From Bacteroidales bacterium (GTDB lineage Bacteria; Bacteroidota; Bacteroidia; Bacteroidales; UBA6680), in the NCBI GenBank assembly GCA_025210735.1, contig JAOARD010000047.1, positions 69,579-133,578 on the forward strand: a stretch of 64,000 bases of DNA, in the 5' to 3' direction. Below the pieces are notes generated by a model, which was given only the letters and a program-made list of their open reading frames with translations, was not told the origin of the DNA and searched no databases. This document shows, piece by piece, positions 7,683 to 18,467 of this stretch. Position 1 is the first letter of the stretch; every line of letters begins with the position of its first letter. The position numbers and the translations under genes are program-made.

Positions 7683-8309
7683 ATGAGCAACAAAGAGATT
7701 ACAAAAACAGGGTTTATAAGATTTATTAGTCTGCTAACAAGAGATATTATACTGGCTGCAATACTCTATTATGCATGGCTATTTACAAATAGTTGGTTTA
7801 TTGACAACGAATCCGTTCTGTCAACTATAATAGTAGTTGCTGTAGGGCTATTCTCAGGGTTTATGATTAGTCGTAACCTTCATGAATGGGGTCACTATTT
7901 CGGAGCAAAACTATTTGGTGCCCATTGTCCGTTTTATCCGGTAAATAAGTTTGGTATTATATTCGACTATGATGTAAAACAGAATAATGAGATACAGTTT
8001 GCAGGGCTTAGTTGGGGTGGTACATTAGCACACTGGGCAATAGCCATTGCTGCAATATACCTGATAGATGGTAAAGGTTTTGGCGTAGCTGCAATACAGG
8101 CAGGAACAATAGGTTATGTTGCTATGGCAAGCGTTATTGAGCTACCTATAATAATAAGACACACATTTGGTGTACCGGCAGTTAAAGCATACAACTTTAA
8201 TACAAAATTTATAATCAACTTCAACAGAAAAAGAACAATGATTGCAGGTGTTATCACAGGTATTATTACAATAGCAATAAGCCTGTGCACACTTACAAAC
8301 CATATATAA
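7683..8309 (+). CDS. Polytopic membrane protein with an HExxH motif (putative membrane zincin, DUF3267-like).
   Basis: 208 aa with about five hydrophobic helices. 'NLHEWGHYFGAKLFG' is an HExxH motif at a helix end. The family name is from memory only. Confidence 0.45.
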   Translation: MSNKEITKTGFIRFISLLTRDIILAAILYYAWLFTNSWFIDNESVLSTIIVVAVGLFSGFMISRNLHEWGHYFGAKLFGAHCPFYPVNKFGIIFDYDVKQNNEIQFAGLSWGGTLAHWAIAIAAIYLIDGKGFGVAAIQAGTIGYVAMASVIELPIIIRHTFGVPAVKAYNFNTKFIINFNRKRTMIAGVITGIITIAISLCTLTNHI

Positions 8310-8330
8310 TTTAACATATTAACATTCAAT

Positions 8331-8373
8331 AATAAACTGGTAAAATAATAGTAAATAGTGCCAGTTTATTTTA
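8331..8373 (+). terminator. Intrinsic terminator after the 7683..8309 gene.
   Basis: aataaactgg (8331..8340) pairs with ccagtttatt (8361..8370) and runs into tttt. Confidence 0.5.
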
Positions 8374-8397
8374 ACCTATATAAAACAAATTAAACTT

Positions 8398-8826
8398 ATG
8401 AAACGAGTACTATTACTACTATCTGCATTTGTTATACTATCTGTAATTGGCATAAATGCACAATCTGTTACCGGAAAGTGGAAAACAATTGATCCTGAAA
8501 CAGACAAACCATCATCTGTAGTTGAGATATACATTGAGAATGGTAAACTATATGGTAAAATTGTTGAAGTTTTTGGTCAGGATAATCCTGAGAAACTTAT
8601 ATGTAAAGATTGTCCCGGCAAATGGAAAAACAATCCTATTATTGGATTAACCGTACTAAATGGGCTAAAAAAAGATGGAGATAAATGGTCTGGTGACGAT
8701 GTATTATTCTCCAGAAAGAAGAAGAAAACATACAACGGAGCAATATGGCTTGAAGGAGATGTTTTAAAGGTCAGGGTTTATGTTGGCTGGGCCTACACAA
8801 CAAAAGATTGGCACCGCGTAAATTAA
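8398..8826 (+). CDS. Secreted DUF2147-family protein.
   Basis: 142 aa with a signal peptide. 'GKWKTIDPETDKPSSVVEIYIENGKLYGKIVEV' followed by 'Y.G.IW....LKVR' matches my memory of the DUF2147 pattern. Confidence 0.6.
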   Translation: MKRVLLLLSAFVILSVIGINAQSVTGKWKTIDPETDKPSSVVEIYIENGKLYGKIVEVFGQDNPEKLICKDCPGKWKNNPIIGLTVLNGLKKDGDKWSGDDVLFSRKKKKTYNGAIWLEGDVLKVRVYVGWAYTTKDWHRVN

Positions 8827-9095
8827 TCCTTTAAGAAAAACGTCCCGTCAGAATCTGTTCTCCTTTGGCGGGCGTTTTTTTAAACCAGATGTTGTTGTTA
8901 CTCTAAACAAATAGCTGCATTTAGTTTATAATAAAAACTACTATTCATTTCATACCATCCATTCTACCAATGGAACATACATAGCTTCCCGGAAGAGTCT
9001 TCTCATATACAAATTTTCATTCCTAACATACAACAACCTCCCAAACTATTTTTTGCTCTTATAACACAGTGTACTACTACAAACATTTTATATAT

Positions 9096-9103
9096 TATAT
9101 TTG
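9096..9103 (+). promoter_or_regulatory. Candidate -7 promoter box (TAtaTTTG).
   Basis: tatatttg lies 39 nt upstream of the ATG at 9142. Confidence 0.4.
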
Positions 9104-9141
9104 TTACCAAACAAATAATACATTAAAACAACAGCAACATT

Positions 9142-10257
9142 ATGAGAAAAATCACATTACTTTTAATCTCGGTACTGGTACTACACAGCACCTACGCACA
9201 GCAGGCTACATACAAAATGCCAGAGGTTATTAACAACCAAAATCTGAATCTAACTTTTCTAAAGGTAAGATCGGCAACAACAAGTTACTATGTAAACTAT
9301 AAAGTAAAAAACACAGGTAATGGCATTCTTATTATCGACAGAAGCAAAACCAGTATTAAACAAAAAGATGGTACTGCAAATGCTTTAGCAAAAATGTATA
9401 CCATTAAACCAGGTAAAAGCGTAACTGTTTACAACCAGTTCAGAATAAAAGCACCATTAAAAGCAAACGCAGATATATTTGATATTGCTATAGATGGTAT
9501 TAAGTACACAGAGGCTAAAGAGCCTGTATTAAATGCCAAGAAGATAACTCCTGAGAGAGGTTTAGTACAAACTTTTAACGATTTTGAAATCAAAATAATG
9601 GAGTATAATGTACGAACAGGCAGGACTTTTATTGAGGTAAGATGTAAATATAATGGAAATGCCAATAGCCTTGGATATGTTGATCTTTCAAAGATAAATG
9701 TAACCGGAGGCAAGGCTAGTATTGTAAAAAAGGGAGATATTATCCTTACTGGAAAATCGTATACATTTGCAATAAACGTAAAGCCTGATGGCAATGAATT
9801 AAGTCTGGATTTCAGTAACGTGCTGGGTACAATGAAGCTTACTGATCTGAATATTGGAAAAATCACAGTTAAAAGTACCAGATATAAAGAACCTGTTAAA
9901 GACAAAAAGAAAGAGAACAGTGCAAAGCAGGACTCTATAAAGGCTGTAAAAAAAGAGCTATGTGCCCTTAGCTACAATGATTTTGCATCGTTAAGAGCTG
10001 ATATAAAGAAAATCTTAAACGAAGGAGGTAAACCAATTGAAACTTCGCATAAGTTTATCGCTGCAAAAGGTTGTATTAATACAGATCAGATTGTTGAGCT
10101 AATGGAGGTATTCAATCTGGATGGTCAGAGACTTAAATTTGCAAAAATGGCATATAAGTTTACCTCAGATAAACACAGGTTTCATTTAACAGTAGCAAAG
10201 CTATCTTATCTTAAAAACAAGCAGGCTCTTGAGGAGTTTCTTGAGCAACAGCACTAA
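9142..10257 (+). CDS. Secreted protein with a C-terminal DUF4476-like domain, function unknown.
   Basis: 371 aa. Signal peptide MRKITLLLISVLVLHSTYAQQ. The C-terminal 'SYNDFASLRADIKK...TDQIVELMEVFNLDGQRLKFAKMAYKFTSDKHRFHLTV' resembles the DUF4476 pattern (F.FD..RL.FAK.AY) from memory. Confidence 0.6.
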   Translation: MRKITLLLISVLVLHSTYAQQATYKMPEVINNQNLNLTFLKVRSATTSYYVNYKVKNTGNGILIIDRSKTSIKQKDGTANALAKMYTIKPGKSVTVYNQFRIKAPLKANADIFDIAIDGIKYTEAKEPVLNAKKITPERGLVQTFNDFEIKIMEYNVRTGRTFIEVRCKYNGNANSLGYVDLSKINVTGGKASIVKKGDIILTGKSYTFAINVKPDGNELSLDFSNVLGTMKLTDLNIGKITVKSTRYKEPVKDKKKENSAKQDSIKAVKKELCALSYNDFASLRADIKKILNEGGKPIETSHKFIAAKGCINTDQIVELMEVFNLDGQRLKFAKMAYKFTSDKHRFHLTVAKLSYLKNKQALEEFLEQQH

Positions 10258-10316
10258 AACGTAATTTGCTACAGAAAGTTTTTCTTCACGAATAAGACAT
10301 TAAATTAATCTTCAAT

Positions 10317-10348
10317 CAGAGGGTATCAAAACATTTTGGTATCCTCTG
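10317..10348 (+). terminator. Hairpin terminator after 9142..10257.
   Basis: cagagggtatcaaaa / ttttggtatcctctg forms a ~14-bp stem with two G-U pairs on the plus-strand RNA, followed by tttat. Confidence 0.45.
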
Positions 10349-10380
10349 TTTATATCAGCTAAACATATATGAGTGCAAAA

Positions 10381-11064
10381 TCAGAAATATACAACAGGCC
10401 AGATTATATGCCAGACTATGTAGTGAGAGTAACGGAATATAATCATAGACAAAAATCCGTAACGCCTGAATAGTGCAAGTTGCGTAATATTCGACAGATA
10501 TATAAGCAGGGCAAACATAGCTATATCTAATGGCGCAGTTATCAGGTTCATCGCCATTAATCCGCTAACCTGAGTATATGGTTCAAATAATGATATTAAC
10601 AGAGCTACAACCCAGAACACAATTGTGTTATATCGTTTACGCAGAACAACTGTTGATATTAACCATGTTAACAACACAGCCGGAATAAGATGAGATATTA
10701 TCTCGTACAGTGTACCAAATGTAAGATATGTTGGTATTGAGTGAGGAAAGGGTGCATTAAAATTTGGTGCATTAATGTATACACCAAGTACTATTGTGAG
10801 TATTGCAAATGTTACTCCAAACGATATAGGAAGCGAGAAACGATACTTACTCTTTGCTCTTCTGTCCCACCCGGTTTTAAATCTGGCACAACCAGCCAAC
10901 CACATTGATAATAATCCTGCAACAAGAGTAACAATAACCCATAACCAGCTAAACATATTGGCAACCGGATGATCAACATGCCATATTGTAAGCGATGTTT
11001 TTCCTAATATTGTGAACAGAGCTATTACAATATACGCTTTTATATATCGGTTAATTTGCGACAT
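10381..11064 (-). CDS. Polytopic integral membrane protein, function unknown.
   Basis: 227 aa with 6-7 hydrophobic segments. No motif that I can name. Confidence 0.6.
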   Translation of the reverse strand: MSQINRYIKAYIVIALFTILGKTSLTIWHVDHPVANMFSWLWVIVTLVAGLLSMWLAGCARFKTGWDRRAKSKYRFSLPISFGVTFAILTIVLGVYINAPNFNAPFPHSIPTYLTFGTLYEIISHLIPAVLLTWLISTVVLRKRYNTIVFWVVALLISLFEPYTQVSGLMAMNLITAPLDIAMFALLIYLSNITQLALFRRYGFLSMIIFRYSHYIVWHIIWPVVYF

Positions 11065-11257
11065 AGTTAATTGTTTAATTATCAGAAGTTATTATCCAAA
11101 TCCATATTAAAGGTACAAAAGAAATAATACAATACGTAATTACCGCATTAAAATTACTTAACAGTGAAACAATCATCTGTTATTTCTGATTTACAGAGAT
11201 ATATCAAATTAATATTAAAAAGCATATATTAAAACACCAACCGGTTATGATATTTTA

Positions 11258-11265
11258 TAATTTTG
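11258..11265 (+). promoter_or_regulatory. Candidate -7 promoter box (TAatTTTG).
   Basis: taattttg lies 56 nt upstream of the ATG at 11321. Confidence 0.4.
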
Positions 11266-11320
11266 AGCCGTAATAATTACTGTTGATAACCAGTTACAAC
11301 AGTTACAATATTTATCAGAT

Positions 11321-11854
11321 ATGATTGAGGAGTTAATCAAACGCAGAAGTTGCAGAAAATTTACAGATAAAACCGTTGAACCAGAAAAAATAGAATCAGT
11401 TCTTAAGGCTGGTCTGTTAGCACCATCGGGTAAAAACAAGAGACCATGGGAGTTTATGGTTATTGATAATCGCGAGAAACTTGAGAAGATATCAAAAGGA
11501 CGCGAACACGGTTCTGCATTTCTTGCTGACGCCCCTGTTGCAATTGCCGTAATAGCAAATACTGAGGCAACAGATGTATGGGTTGAGGATTGCTCTATTG
11601 CCGCAATTCTTATGCAGATGGAAGCAGAGAAACAAGAGCTTGGATCGTGCTGGGTTCAGGTACGTAACAGAGTTACTCCTGACAATGTACCAACATCTGA
11701 ATATATAAAAGATCTGTTGTCTATCCCATTAGGATATGAGGTGGAATGCGTTATAGCTCTTGGGTACAAACTTAAAGAGCGTAGTAATAATAACCCTGAC
11801 GATCTGTTGATTGAGAAGGTAAGTTATAATAACTTCAGCAATTCATATTTTTAA
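11321..11854 (+). CDS. Nitroreductase-family flavoprotein.
   Basis: 177 aa. 'RRSCRKFTDKTVEPEKIESVLKAGLLAPSGKNKRPWEF' is the canonical nitroreductase N-terminal motif (RRS.R.F...P....I..(I/L)L.A...APS..N.QPW.F). Confidence 0.85.
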   Translation: MIEELIKRRSCRKFTDKTVEPEKIESVLKAGLLAPSGKNKRPWEFMVIDNREKLEKISKGREHGSAFLADAPVAIAVIANTEATDVWVEDCSIAAILMQMEAEKQELGSCWVQVRNRVTPDNVPTSEYIKDLLSIPLGYEVECVIALGYKLKERSNNNPDDLLIEKVSYNNFSNSYF

Positions 11855-11871
11855 CCCAAACATAGAAAGAT

Positions 11872-12564
11872 ATGCATAAGTACAAACATCTCTTTTTTGA
11901 TCTTGACCGCACATTGTGGGATTTTGAATCAAACTCAATTGAGACATTCAGAGATATATTTGGCAAACACAATCTTGGTAAAGTATTTCCTGATTTTGAT
12001 GTGTTTATAAAAACATATAAAAGACACAACGAGATACTTTGGGCAAAATACAGAACCGGAGATATAAAAAAGGAGCAACTACGTAACGACAGATTCCTGC
12101 TAACATTAAAGGAGTTTGGAGTTGATGATATGAGCCTTGCCGTAAAAATGGGTGACGACTATGTTACAATAAGCCCTACAAAAAAGAGAGTATTTCCGGG
12201 TACACATGAAATTCTTGAGTATCTGAGAGGAAAGTACAATATGTATATCATTACAAACGGATTCAGCGAGGTACAATCTGTTAAACTAAAGAACTGCGAC
12301 CTTGAAAAATACTTTGATGGTGTTGTTACATCAGAGATGGCAGGTGTTCAGAAGCCTAACAGAGAGATTTTTCACTATGCTGTAACCAGAGTTAATGCTA
12401 AAAAAGATAGCTGCCTTATGATTGGTGATGATCCGGATACTGATATTATTGGAGCAAAGAACTTTGGTATGGATCAGGTGTACTTTAACTCTATGAATAA
12501 GGAGTGCTCTGTTAAACCAACATTTGCAATTGACTCACTACTTGAATTAAAAGATATACTATAA
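11872..12564 (+). CDS. HAD-IA hydrolase, YjjG-type (noncanonical pyrimidine nucleotidase-like).
   Basis: 230 aa. Motif I 'LFFDLDRTLWDF', then 'ITNG', 'KP' and 'IGDD..TDI.GA' in the HAD order. Confidence 0.75.
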   Translation: MHKYKHLFFDLDRTLWDFESNSIETFRDIFGKHNLGKVFPDFDVFIKTYKRHNEILWAKYRTGDIKKEQLRNDRFLLTLKEFGVDDMSLAVKMGDDYVTISPTKKRVFPGTHEILEYLRGKYNMYIITNGFSEVQSVKLKNCDLEKYFDGVVTSEMAGVQKPNREIFHYAVTRVNAKKDSCLMIGDDPDTDIIGAKNFGMDQVYFNSMNKECSVKPTFAIDSLLELKDIL

Positions 12565-12569
12565 ACTAT

Positions 12570-14162
12570 ATGGCCGAACTGCTTAACCAGAAAGTTTTTC
12601 TAATACTCCTGATAATAACAATAGGGGTTGCAATAGGACGAATAAAGATTGCCGGATTCAATCTGGGAATTGCTGCAATAATGTTTGTTGGTCTGGTTTT
12701 CGGGCATTTTGGCTACCGTGTAGATGGAGATTTCACCAACCTTGGTCTTCTGTTGTTTGTATTTACAATAGGATTACAATCGGGACCGGGTTTTATAAAC
12801 TCATTCAGAAAGAATGGTAAACGTTTGCTATCTCTGGCTGTGGTACTGGTATTCTCAGCATCGTTTATAGCATGGATAAGTTCATGGTTGTTTAACTTTG
12901 ATATTGTTGTGGCTATAGGTCTGTATGCCGGAGCAATGGGTAGTACACCTGGTCTGGCAGCAGGATTGGAGGCCACAGGATCGCCTGATGTGGCAATTGG
13001 TTATGGTATAGCATATCCTTTTGGCGTTATAGGATTCTCATTTCTTATAAAACTATTCCCTAAAATATTTAAGGTAAATCTTAAAAAGAGCGAGAAGGAG
13101 TATCTTGAAGAGATAGAGAAGCAGTATCCGACAATTGTTAGCCGTCTTATATGCGTTAATAATGAGTTCTATCTTGACCGACCATTAAGCGAGCTGAATC
13201 TTCAGGTTGATTTCGAATGTACTGTAACAGGTGTATTTCACAACAAAAAGTTCAGAATGCCGGGTAAAGATACAGTTATAAGACGTAACGATATGGTTAA
13301 GATATCGGGTACAAAAGAGCATATTGATAAACTTGTTGATGAGGTTGGTGAGTTTGTTGCAAAGAAAAAGAGTGAGCCTGATAACTATGTTGTTAAATGG
13401 GTACTTGTAACAAACAAGATGGTTACAAACAAATTCTACAGAGAGATTGACCTGCCTTATAACTACTCTGCAACAGTATCAAAAATAAAACGAAGTGGTA
13501 TTGAGATATCACCAAACCACAACTCTATATTCCGTTTTGGTGATAAATTACAGATTGTAGCACCAAAGAAAAGAATAAAAGAGATATCACAACTGCTTGG
13601 TAACGATAATAAAATGTTATCGGCAATAAACATAATACCTATCTTTTTAGGTATCACATTGGGTTATCTGCTTGGCACAATTAAAATACCAATGTTTGGC
13701 GGAATGAACTTCTCGTTAGGAATTACCGGAGGTGCTATTATTGCCGGATTGGTGCTTAGTGCTATTGGAAAAACCGGACCAGTAGTATGGTCTATGTCCG
13801 GATCATCAAACCAACTATTGCGCGAGGTTGGACTTGCAATATTCCTTGCAGGTATTGGCACAAAAACAGGAGTTTCGTTTGTGCAGACTCTACAAAATAA
13901 CGGAGCTACACTATTTCTGATAGGTGCAGTAATTACTATTGTCCCTGCAATTATAACTATGTTTGTTGGTCATAAGATATTCAAAATGAATTTTCTTACG
14001 CTTATTGGTGCCACAACAGGTATATTAACAAATTCAGCAGGAATGGGACTACTCAATGGTTTTACAAAAACAAATGCATGTTCAATTGCATATGCTATGG
14101 TTTTCCCGTTTGCAATGATACTAATAATAATATTCTCGCAACTACTTGCTATGTTTACTTAA
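12570..14162 (+). CDS. Putative transporter of the YidE/YbjL (aspartate:alanine-exchanger-like) family, with two central TrkA-C-like domains.
   Basis: 530 aa. It has hydrophobic N- and C-terminal halves with an internal duplication, e.g. 'GLQSGPGF' and 'GIGTKTGVSF'. These flank a ~180-aa soluble insert. Confidence 0.7.
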   Translation: MAELLNQKVFLILLIITIGVAIGRIKIAGFNLGIAAIMFVGLVFGHFGYRVDGDFTNLGLLLFVFTIGLQSGPGFINSFRKNGKRLLSLAVVLVFSASFIAWISSWLFNFDIVVAIGLYAGAMGSTPGLAAGLEATGSPDVAIGYGIAYPFGVIGFSFLIKLFPKIFKVNLKKSEKEYLEEIEKQYPTIVSRLICVNNEFYLDRPLSELNLQVDFECTVTGVFHNKKFRMPGKDTVIRRNDMVKISGTKEHIDKLVDEVGEFVAKKKSEPDNYVVKWVLVTNKMVTNKFYREIDLPYNYSATVSKIKRSGIEISPNHNSIFRFGDKLQIVAPKKRIKEISQLLGNDNKMLSAINIIPIFLGITLGYLLGTIKIPMFGGMNFSLGITGGAIIAGLVLSAIGKTGPVVWSMSGSSNQLLREVGLAIFLAGIGTKTGVSFVQTLQNNGATLFLIGAVITIVPAIITMFVGHKIFKMNFLTLIGATTGILTNSAGMGLLNGFTKTNACSIAYAMVFPFAMILIIIFSQLLAMFT

Positions 14163-14458
14163 ACGTTATGCAATATATTCTGGTGATAAACAATCATATA
14201 TATTTTCATAATAACATAAATGCATATTGTTATTATCAAATAATACCACATCAACTGTATATATTTAACACATGTTAATGTGCTGATAATAAAACACTCA
14301 ACAAAACTGTTACACTAACTGCCAAATTTGATCGTAATAAACTTCATTTTTATATGATAAATCAACAGAAAACGTTATATTAAAACGTCTATTTTTATGC
14401 ATGAAAGTTCTCAGTAAAAACCCCATGCTACTGAGAGATACAATTAAACCATATAACG

Positions 14459-14821
14459 ATGAAGATTGAACTTATTGACATTCTAAAGGCTGGTATTGCA
14501 GATGAGAGATCGTGGATATCAAACAACAGGCAAACTGCAACACTCACTCCAACCGGAAAACCTTTCAGACTTGCAGGAACACCCGGACAAAAGTATCGTT
14601 TGGTAATAATAAATCACAGCGATGAGCTTGCGGCTACAACATGTATTGACAATATGAATAAAAAGGGTGCTGTGCGTGGTTATACAGTTGATATAGGACA
14701 GCTTAAAGAGGTAGCTTTTACAATGCCCGATTGTGGATATTTGGTTATATATAATACCACAAAAAACAGTTTTCTAACTCAGCCGGTTATTACATTCTCT
14801 ATAAGGGCTGTAAAAAAATAA
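14459..14821 (+). CDS. Hypothetical protein.
   Basis: 120-aa ORF with no recognisable motif, on the same strand as and just upstream of the FNR-like gene. Confidence 0.45.
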   Translation: MKIELIDILKAGIADERSWISNNRQTATLTPTGKPFRLAGTPGQKYRLVIINHSDELAATTCIDNMNKKGAVRGYTVDIGQLKEVAFTMPDCGYLVIYNTTKNSFLTQPVITFSIRAVKK

Positions 14822-14962
14822 CAGCTACCATTTAGAGTTTAATAACAGTTATTGCAATATCTGCTTTTAACTTATAATGTTATTAGTAACTATAGGTTAG
14901 TGTCTATAAAATACATTCAACAATATAACGCTTTACATGTTTCTTATCTTAAAACATGTAAT

Positions 14963-15628
14963 ATGACTAATGATATACAGGTAGAATTTAAACAGGTTGA
15001 ACTAATAAACAACACTAAAATTGTTAATGGTGTATATTCGTTAAGGTTCCGACGGTTTTTCGATTTTATTCCCGGACAAGTGATAAGCATAAAGCTTACC
15101 GAAGATATGCCCGGCAGATTATATAGTATAGCCTCATCAAACAGGTCAGAATATATTGATATTCTATTTCGGGTACGCTCTGAAGGTCTTCTCTCTCCCC
15201 AACTTGCAAATCTAAGTACTGGAGACAAATTATATATATCTACTCCAATGGGTAATTTCACTGATCAACAAACAGACTCAGTATGGATTGCTGCCGGAAC
15301 AGGTATTGCTCCGTATTTAAGTATGATAAGATCAGGTGTAAAAGGCAAAAAGACATTGATATTTGGAGCATCGTATCGCGATCATTTTTATAATGATAAG
15401 GAGCTGATAAACAACAATATTGTTGATAAATATGTGAGATGTTGCAGCAGAGAGGAACATAACGATTGCTTTTACGGACGAGTAACAGCTTATATTGACC
15501 AGATTAAAGATTTACCAAACAGAAAATACTATCTTTGCGGCAATCCGGAGATGGTTGTTGAGGTGAGAGATAAACTCATAAAAAGAGGTATCGCCTTTAA
15601 CGACATTCTTGCGGAGATATATTTTTAA
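14963..15628 (+). CDS. Ferredoxin-NADP(+) reductase-like FAD/NAD(P)-binding oxidoreductase.
   Basis: The 'RLYSIASS' FAD-binding motif and the 'GTGIAPY' NAD(P)-binding motif are present. I place the start at the ATG at 14963 (MTNDIQVEFK...). The 37 codons upstream in the tracked ORF (from 14852) are AT-rich and low-complexity. Confidence 0.75.
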   Translation: MTNDIQVEFKQVELINNTKIVNGVYSLRFRRFFDFIPGQVISIKLTEDMPGRLYSIASSNRSEYIDILFRVRSEGLLSPQLANLSTGDKLYISTPMGNFTDQQTDSVWIAAGTGIAPYLSMIRSGVKGKKTLIFGASYRDHFYNDKELINNNIVDKYVRCCSREEHNDCFYGRVTAYIDQIKDLPNRKYYLCGNPEMVVEVRDKLIKRGIAFNDILAEIYF

Positions 15629-15637
15629 CTGATTGGT

Positions 15638-16666
15638 ATGGATAAGATAAAACTTCTTGGTAAGACATTAACCGAGCTACAAGAGATTGTTCTTGAACTT
15701 GGTTTGCCAAAATTTAATGCAAAACAGATAGCACAATGGCTATACAAGCACAATGCTTCTGATATAGAGGAGATGACAAATATCTCTAAAAAAACCAGAG
15801 AGCGTCTGGCTGAAAAGTATGAGGTTGGTGCTTACAGCCATACAAACGTACAGACATCTGTTGATGGCACAAAGAAATATCTGTTCCCTACCATAAAAGA
15901 TCAGTTTATAGAATCGGCATATATACCAGACAGAGACAGAGCTACACTATGTGTATCGTCGCAGGTTGGATGTAAAATGGGATGTCTGTTCTGTATGACC
16001 GCACGTCAGGGATTTATGGGACATCTTACATCTGGCGATATTGTTAATCAGGTGCGCAGTCTGCCGGAACGTGAGAATCTTACCAACATTGTATATATGG
16101 GTATGGGCGAACCTCTTGATAACCTTGAAGAGGTACTGAAAAGTATAGAGATTTTTACATCTGACTATGGTTATGCAATGAGTCCAAGACGTATTACTCT
16201 GTCAACTATAGGACTTGTACCTGCAATGCAAGAGTTTCTTGACCGTAGCGAGGCACACTTGGCAATAAGTCTGCACTCACCTTTTGAGCAGGAGCGTAAA
16301 CAACTTATGCCAATAGAATCAGTATACTCACTACACTCAGTTATAGATACTGTTAAAAAGTTTGATTTTGGGCGTCAGCGCAGGGTTTCATTTGAGTATA
16401 TAATGTTTGATGGAGTAAACGATTCGCCACGCCACGCAAGAGAGTTGATAAAACTACTTGGCGATATGCGTTGCCGGGTAAACCTTATTAAGTTCCATCC
16501 TATACCTGACAGTCCGCTTAAAGGATGTCCGCGTGAGAAGATGGAGGCTTTTGAGAATATACTTAAAGCAAAAGGTGTTATGACCACTATCAGATCATCG
16601 AGAGGTGAAGATATATTTGCAGCATGCGGGCTCCTGTCTACCAAAGAGAAATTGAAGAAAAAATAA
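15638..16666 (+). CDS. rlmN: 23S rRNA/tRNA (adenine-C2)-methyltransferase RlmN (radical SAM).
   Basis: 342 aa. It has the 'CVSSQVGCKMGCLFCMT' radical-SAM CxxxCxxC cluster in the RlmN context, then 'NIVYMGMGEPLDN' and a C-terminal 'ACGLL'. Confidence 0.9.
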   Translation: MDKIKLLGKTLTELQEIVLELGLPKFNAKQIAQWLYKHNASDIEEMTNISKKTRERLAEKYEVGAYSHTNVQTSVDGTKKYLFPTIKDQFIESAYIPDRDRATLCVSSQVGCKMGCLFCMTARQGFMGHLTSGDIVNQVRSLPERENLTNIVYMGMGEPLDNLEEVLKSIEIFTSDYGYAMSPRRITLSTIGLVPAMQEFLDRSEAHLAISLHSPFEQERKQLMPIESVYSLHSVIDTVKKFDFGRQRRVSFEYIMFDGVNDSPRHARELIKLLGDMRCRVNLIKFHPIPDSPLKGCPREKMEAFENILKAKGVMTTIRSSRGEDIFAACGLLSTKEKLKKK

Positions 16667-16880
16667 TTATCACTTTGCCAGATAATAAAACGGTATAAAT
16701 ATTGTTTAATAATAGGAATCCTTTGGAGAGTATATTTACGAGCTGAAAACAGATATTAAAGTAACTATAGGTAAAGTTATTAACAAAAACTACTGCCTTA
16801 AATAGTTTTCATACTCTGTCCATAACCGTAAAACTCCTCTGCAAAGGGTTCTTTATATATTAACAGTTTTATACCCTGAG

Positions 16881-18467
16881 ATGAGAAGACTTATTATTCT
16901 GCTTTTTGCAGTAGTAGCAATATCTGCTATACCCGGATGTCATCAACCTGAGAAGATTAATGATACAGAAAGAAGTAACAGTATAACTATCATTTTTAAA
17001 GATGCACCACAAAAATGGAAGATATACAAAGACCGAAACAGTACAGCATACCGTCCGGCAGAAACAACAGTACACTATATATCAGATAATCTTATAACCC
17101 GCAGATTCTCTCCTGACTCGATCCCTACAGGGGATACTCTTACAATAGATACTAAACGCGATATTGTTGAGTTGGAGCATAGCTACTTTGCAATGGAGAA
17201 TCTCTCATACCTGTTCAGAAATGGCGATACTGTTCTGTTTACATATAATAACAGAGTCCCACGCGCTGAGGTTATAAACCGAAAAGAGAGTGATATTGTT
17301 ACAAACTACGAACTACGTAAACGTGAATTCCTTTATAATGAGATGTTCTCTGCTCTGTCAAAATCTAACAGATGGTTTAGCTTTATAAATATTGATTTTA
17401 AGAAACCCCGCGATCTGATTAACGATCAGATAAAGATATATACCAGACGAATGAGAGAGAAGGCTCGTAACCAGTATCGTGATGAGATTGTATTTCTTGA
17501 CTCACTTAAAAATAGCGGAGTTATGTCAGAAACAAAATATCTTTTTTATAAGAACAGTGCCAGATACAGAATAGAGAATATGAACCTGACTGAGCAACAT
17601 GAAAAAGATCCATACAACAGTAAGGTTGACTCAACTATTAACATGCAGTACAACAGTGAGAATCCTATAATACAATTTGATAATATACAACAGAATATGT
17701 ACTCAAGTGCATTCAGAGTACTAACCGATAATTATGTAACTACATATATAACATCAAAGGTATCAACAATAAATAGTACTTATAGTGTTGATGGCATAGA
17801 AACAGGTGGCTCTACTATCAAAGATTACAGAGAGCTGTATGATACACTTATGGTAAGTAATCTGCCTGAAGATCTGCAAAAATACTATCTGCTTGGTACA
17901 ATGGGTAACATAATAAGTAATATGCCTGCCTCAGATATCAGGAAGTACTACAACAAATTCCGTAACGATATTAACGATTCTGCCTACATAGATTATATAG
18001 ATAATAAGTATGGTCTGAAAACAATTGATAACGAAAACAAAAAGAGCGATCTGATGCTGTTTACTACAAATGGAGAAACAGTAACCTATAACGATGTTGT
18101 TGCAAAAAATAAAGGCAAGGTTATATATGTAGATTTCTGGGCGCACTGGTGTAGTCCCTGCTTAAGAATGTTACCTCATGCCGATAAATTAAAGAAGGAG
18201 TATGACAAAAAGGATATTGTCTTTATCTATATATCAAAAGACAGAGATATGGACAAATGGAAATCAGCATGCAAAAAACATGGGATATCAGAGAACTCAT
18301 ATATGATAAAGAATATATATACTTCGCTTCAGCTACAGGATATGATGATTAAATACATACCACACTATATACTGTATAACAAAAAAGGCGATAAGGTATC
18401 ATACTCTGCACCAAGACCCGATAGTAAAAAGATCAGAACTCTTCTGAATAGTTTGATTAAGAAGTAA
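16881..18467 (+). CDS. Lipoprotein with a C-terminal TlpA/thioredoxin-like thiol:disulfide oxidoreductase domain.
   Basis: 528 aa. Lipobox 'AIPGC'. 'VIYVDFWAHWCSPCLRMLP' is a WCxxC thioredoxin-fold active site. Confidence 0.7.
   Translation: MRRLIILLFAVVAISAIPGCHQPEKINDTERSNSITIIFKDAPQKWKIYKDRNSTAYRPAETTVHYISDNLITRRFSPDSIPTGDTLTIDTKRDIVELEHSYFAMENLSYLFRNGDTVLFTYNNRVPRAEVINRKESDIVTNYELRKREFLYNEMFSALSKSNRWFSFINIDFKKPRDLINDQIKIYTRRMREKARNQYRDEIVFLDSLKNSGVMSETKYLFYKNSARYRIENMNLTEQHEKDPYNSKVDSTINMQYNSENPIIQFDNIQQNMYSSAFRVLTDNYVTTYITSKVSTINSTYSVDGIETGGSTIKDYRELYDTLMVSNLPEDLQKYYLLGTMGNIISNMPASDIRKYYNKFRNDINDSAYIDYIDNKYGLKTIDNENKKSDLMLFTTNGETVTYNDVVAKNKGKVIYVDFWAHWCSPCLRMLPHADKLKKEYDKKDIVFIYISKDRDMDKWKSACKKHGISENSYMIKNIYTSLQLQDMMIKYIPHYILYNKKGDKVSYSAPRPDSKKIRTLLNSLIKK

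Noticed and set aside
9429-9905. A 158-aa minus-strand ORF inside 9142..10257.
   Set aside because: It is fully nested antisense to a gene with a signal peptide and a DUF4476-like domain, and its own translation has no motifs.
14852-14962. An N-terminal 37-codon extension of the FNR-like ORF.
   Set aside because: The extension (MQYLLLTYNVISNYRLVSIKYIQQYNALHVSYLKTCN) is AT-rich junk-like sequence that overlaps the likely promoter region. The family's domain starts right after the ATG at 14963.
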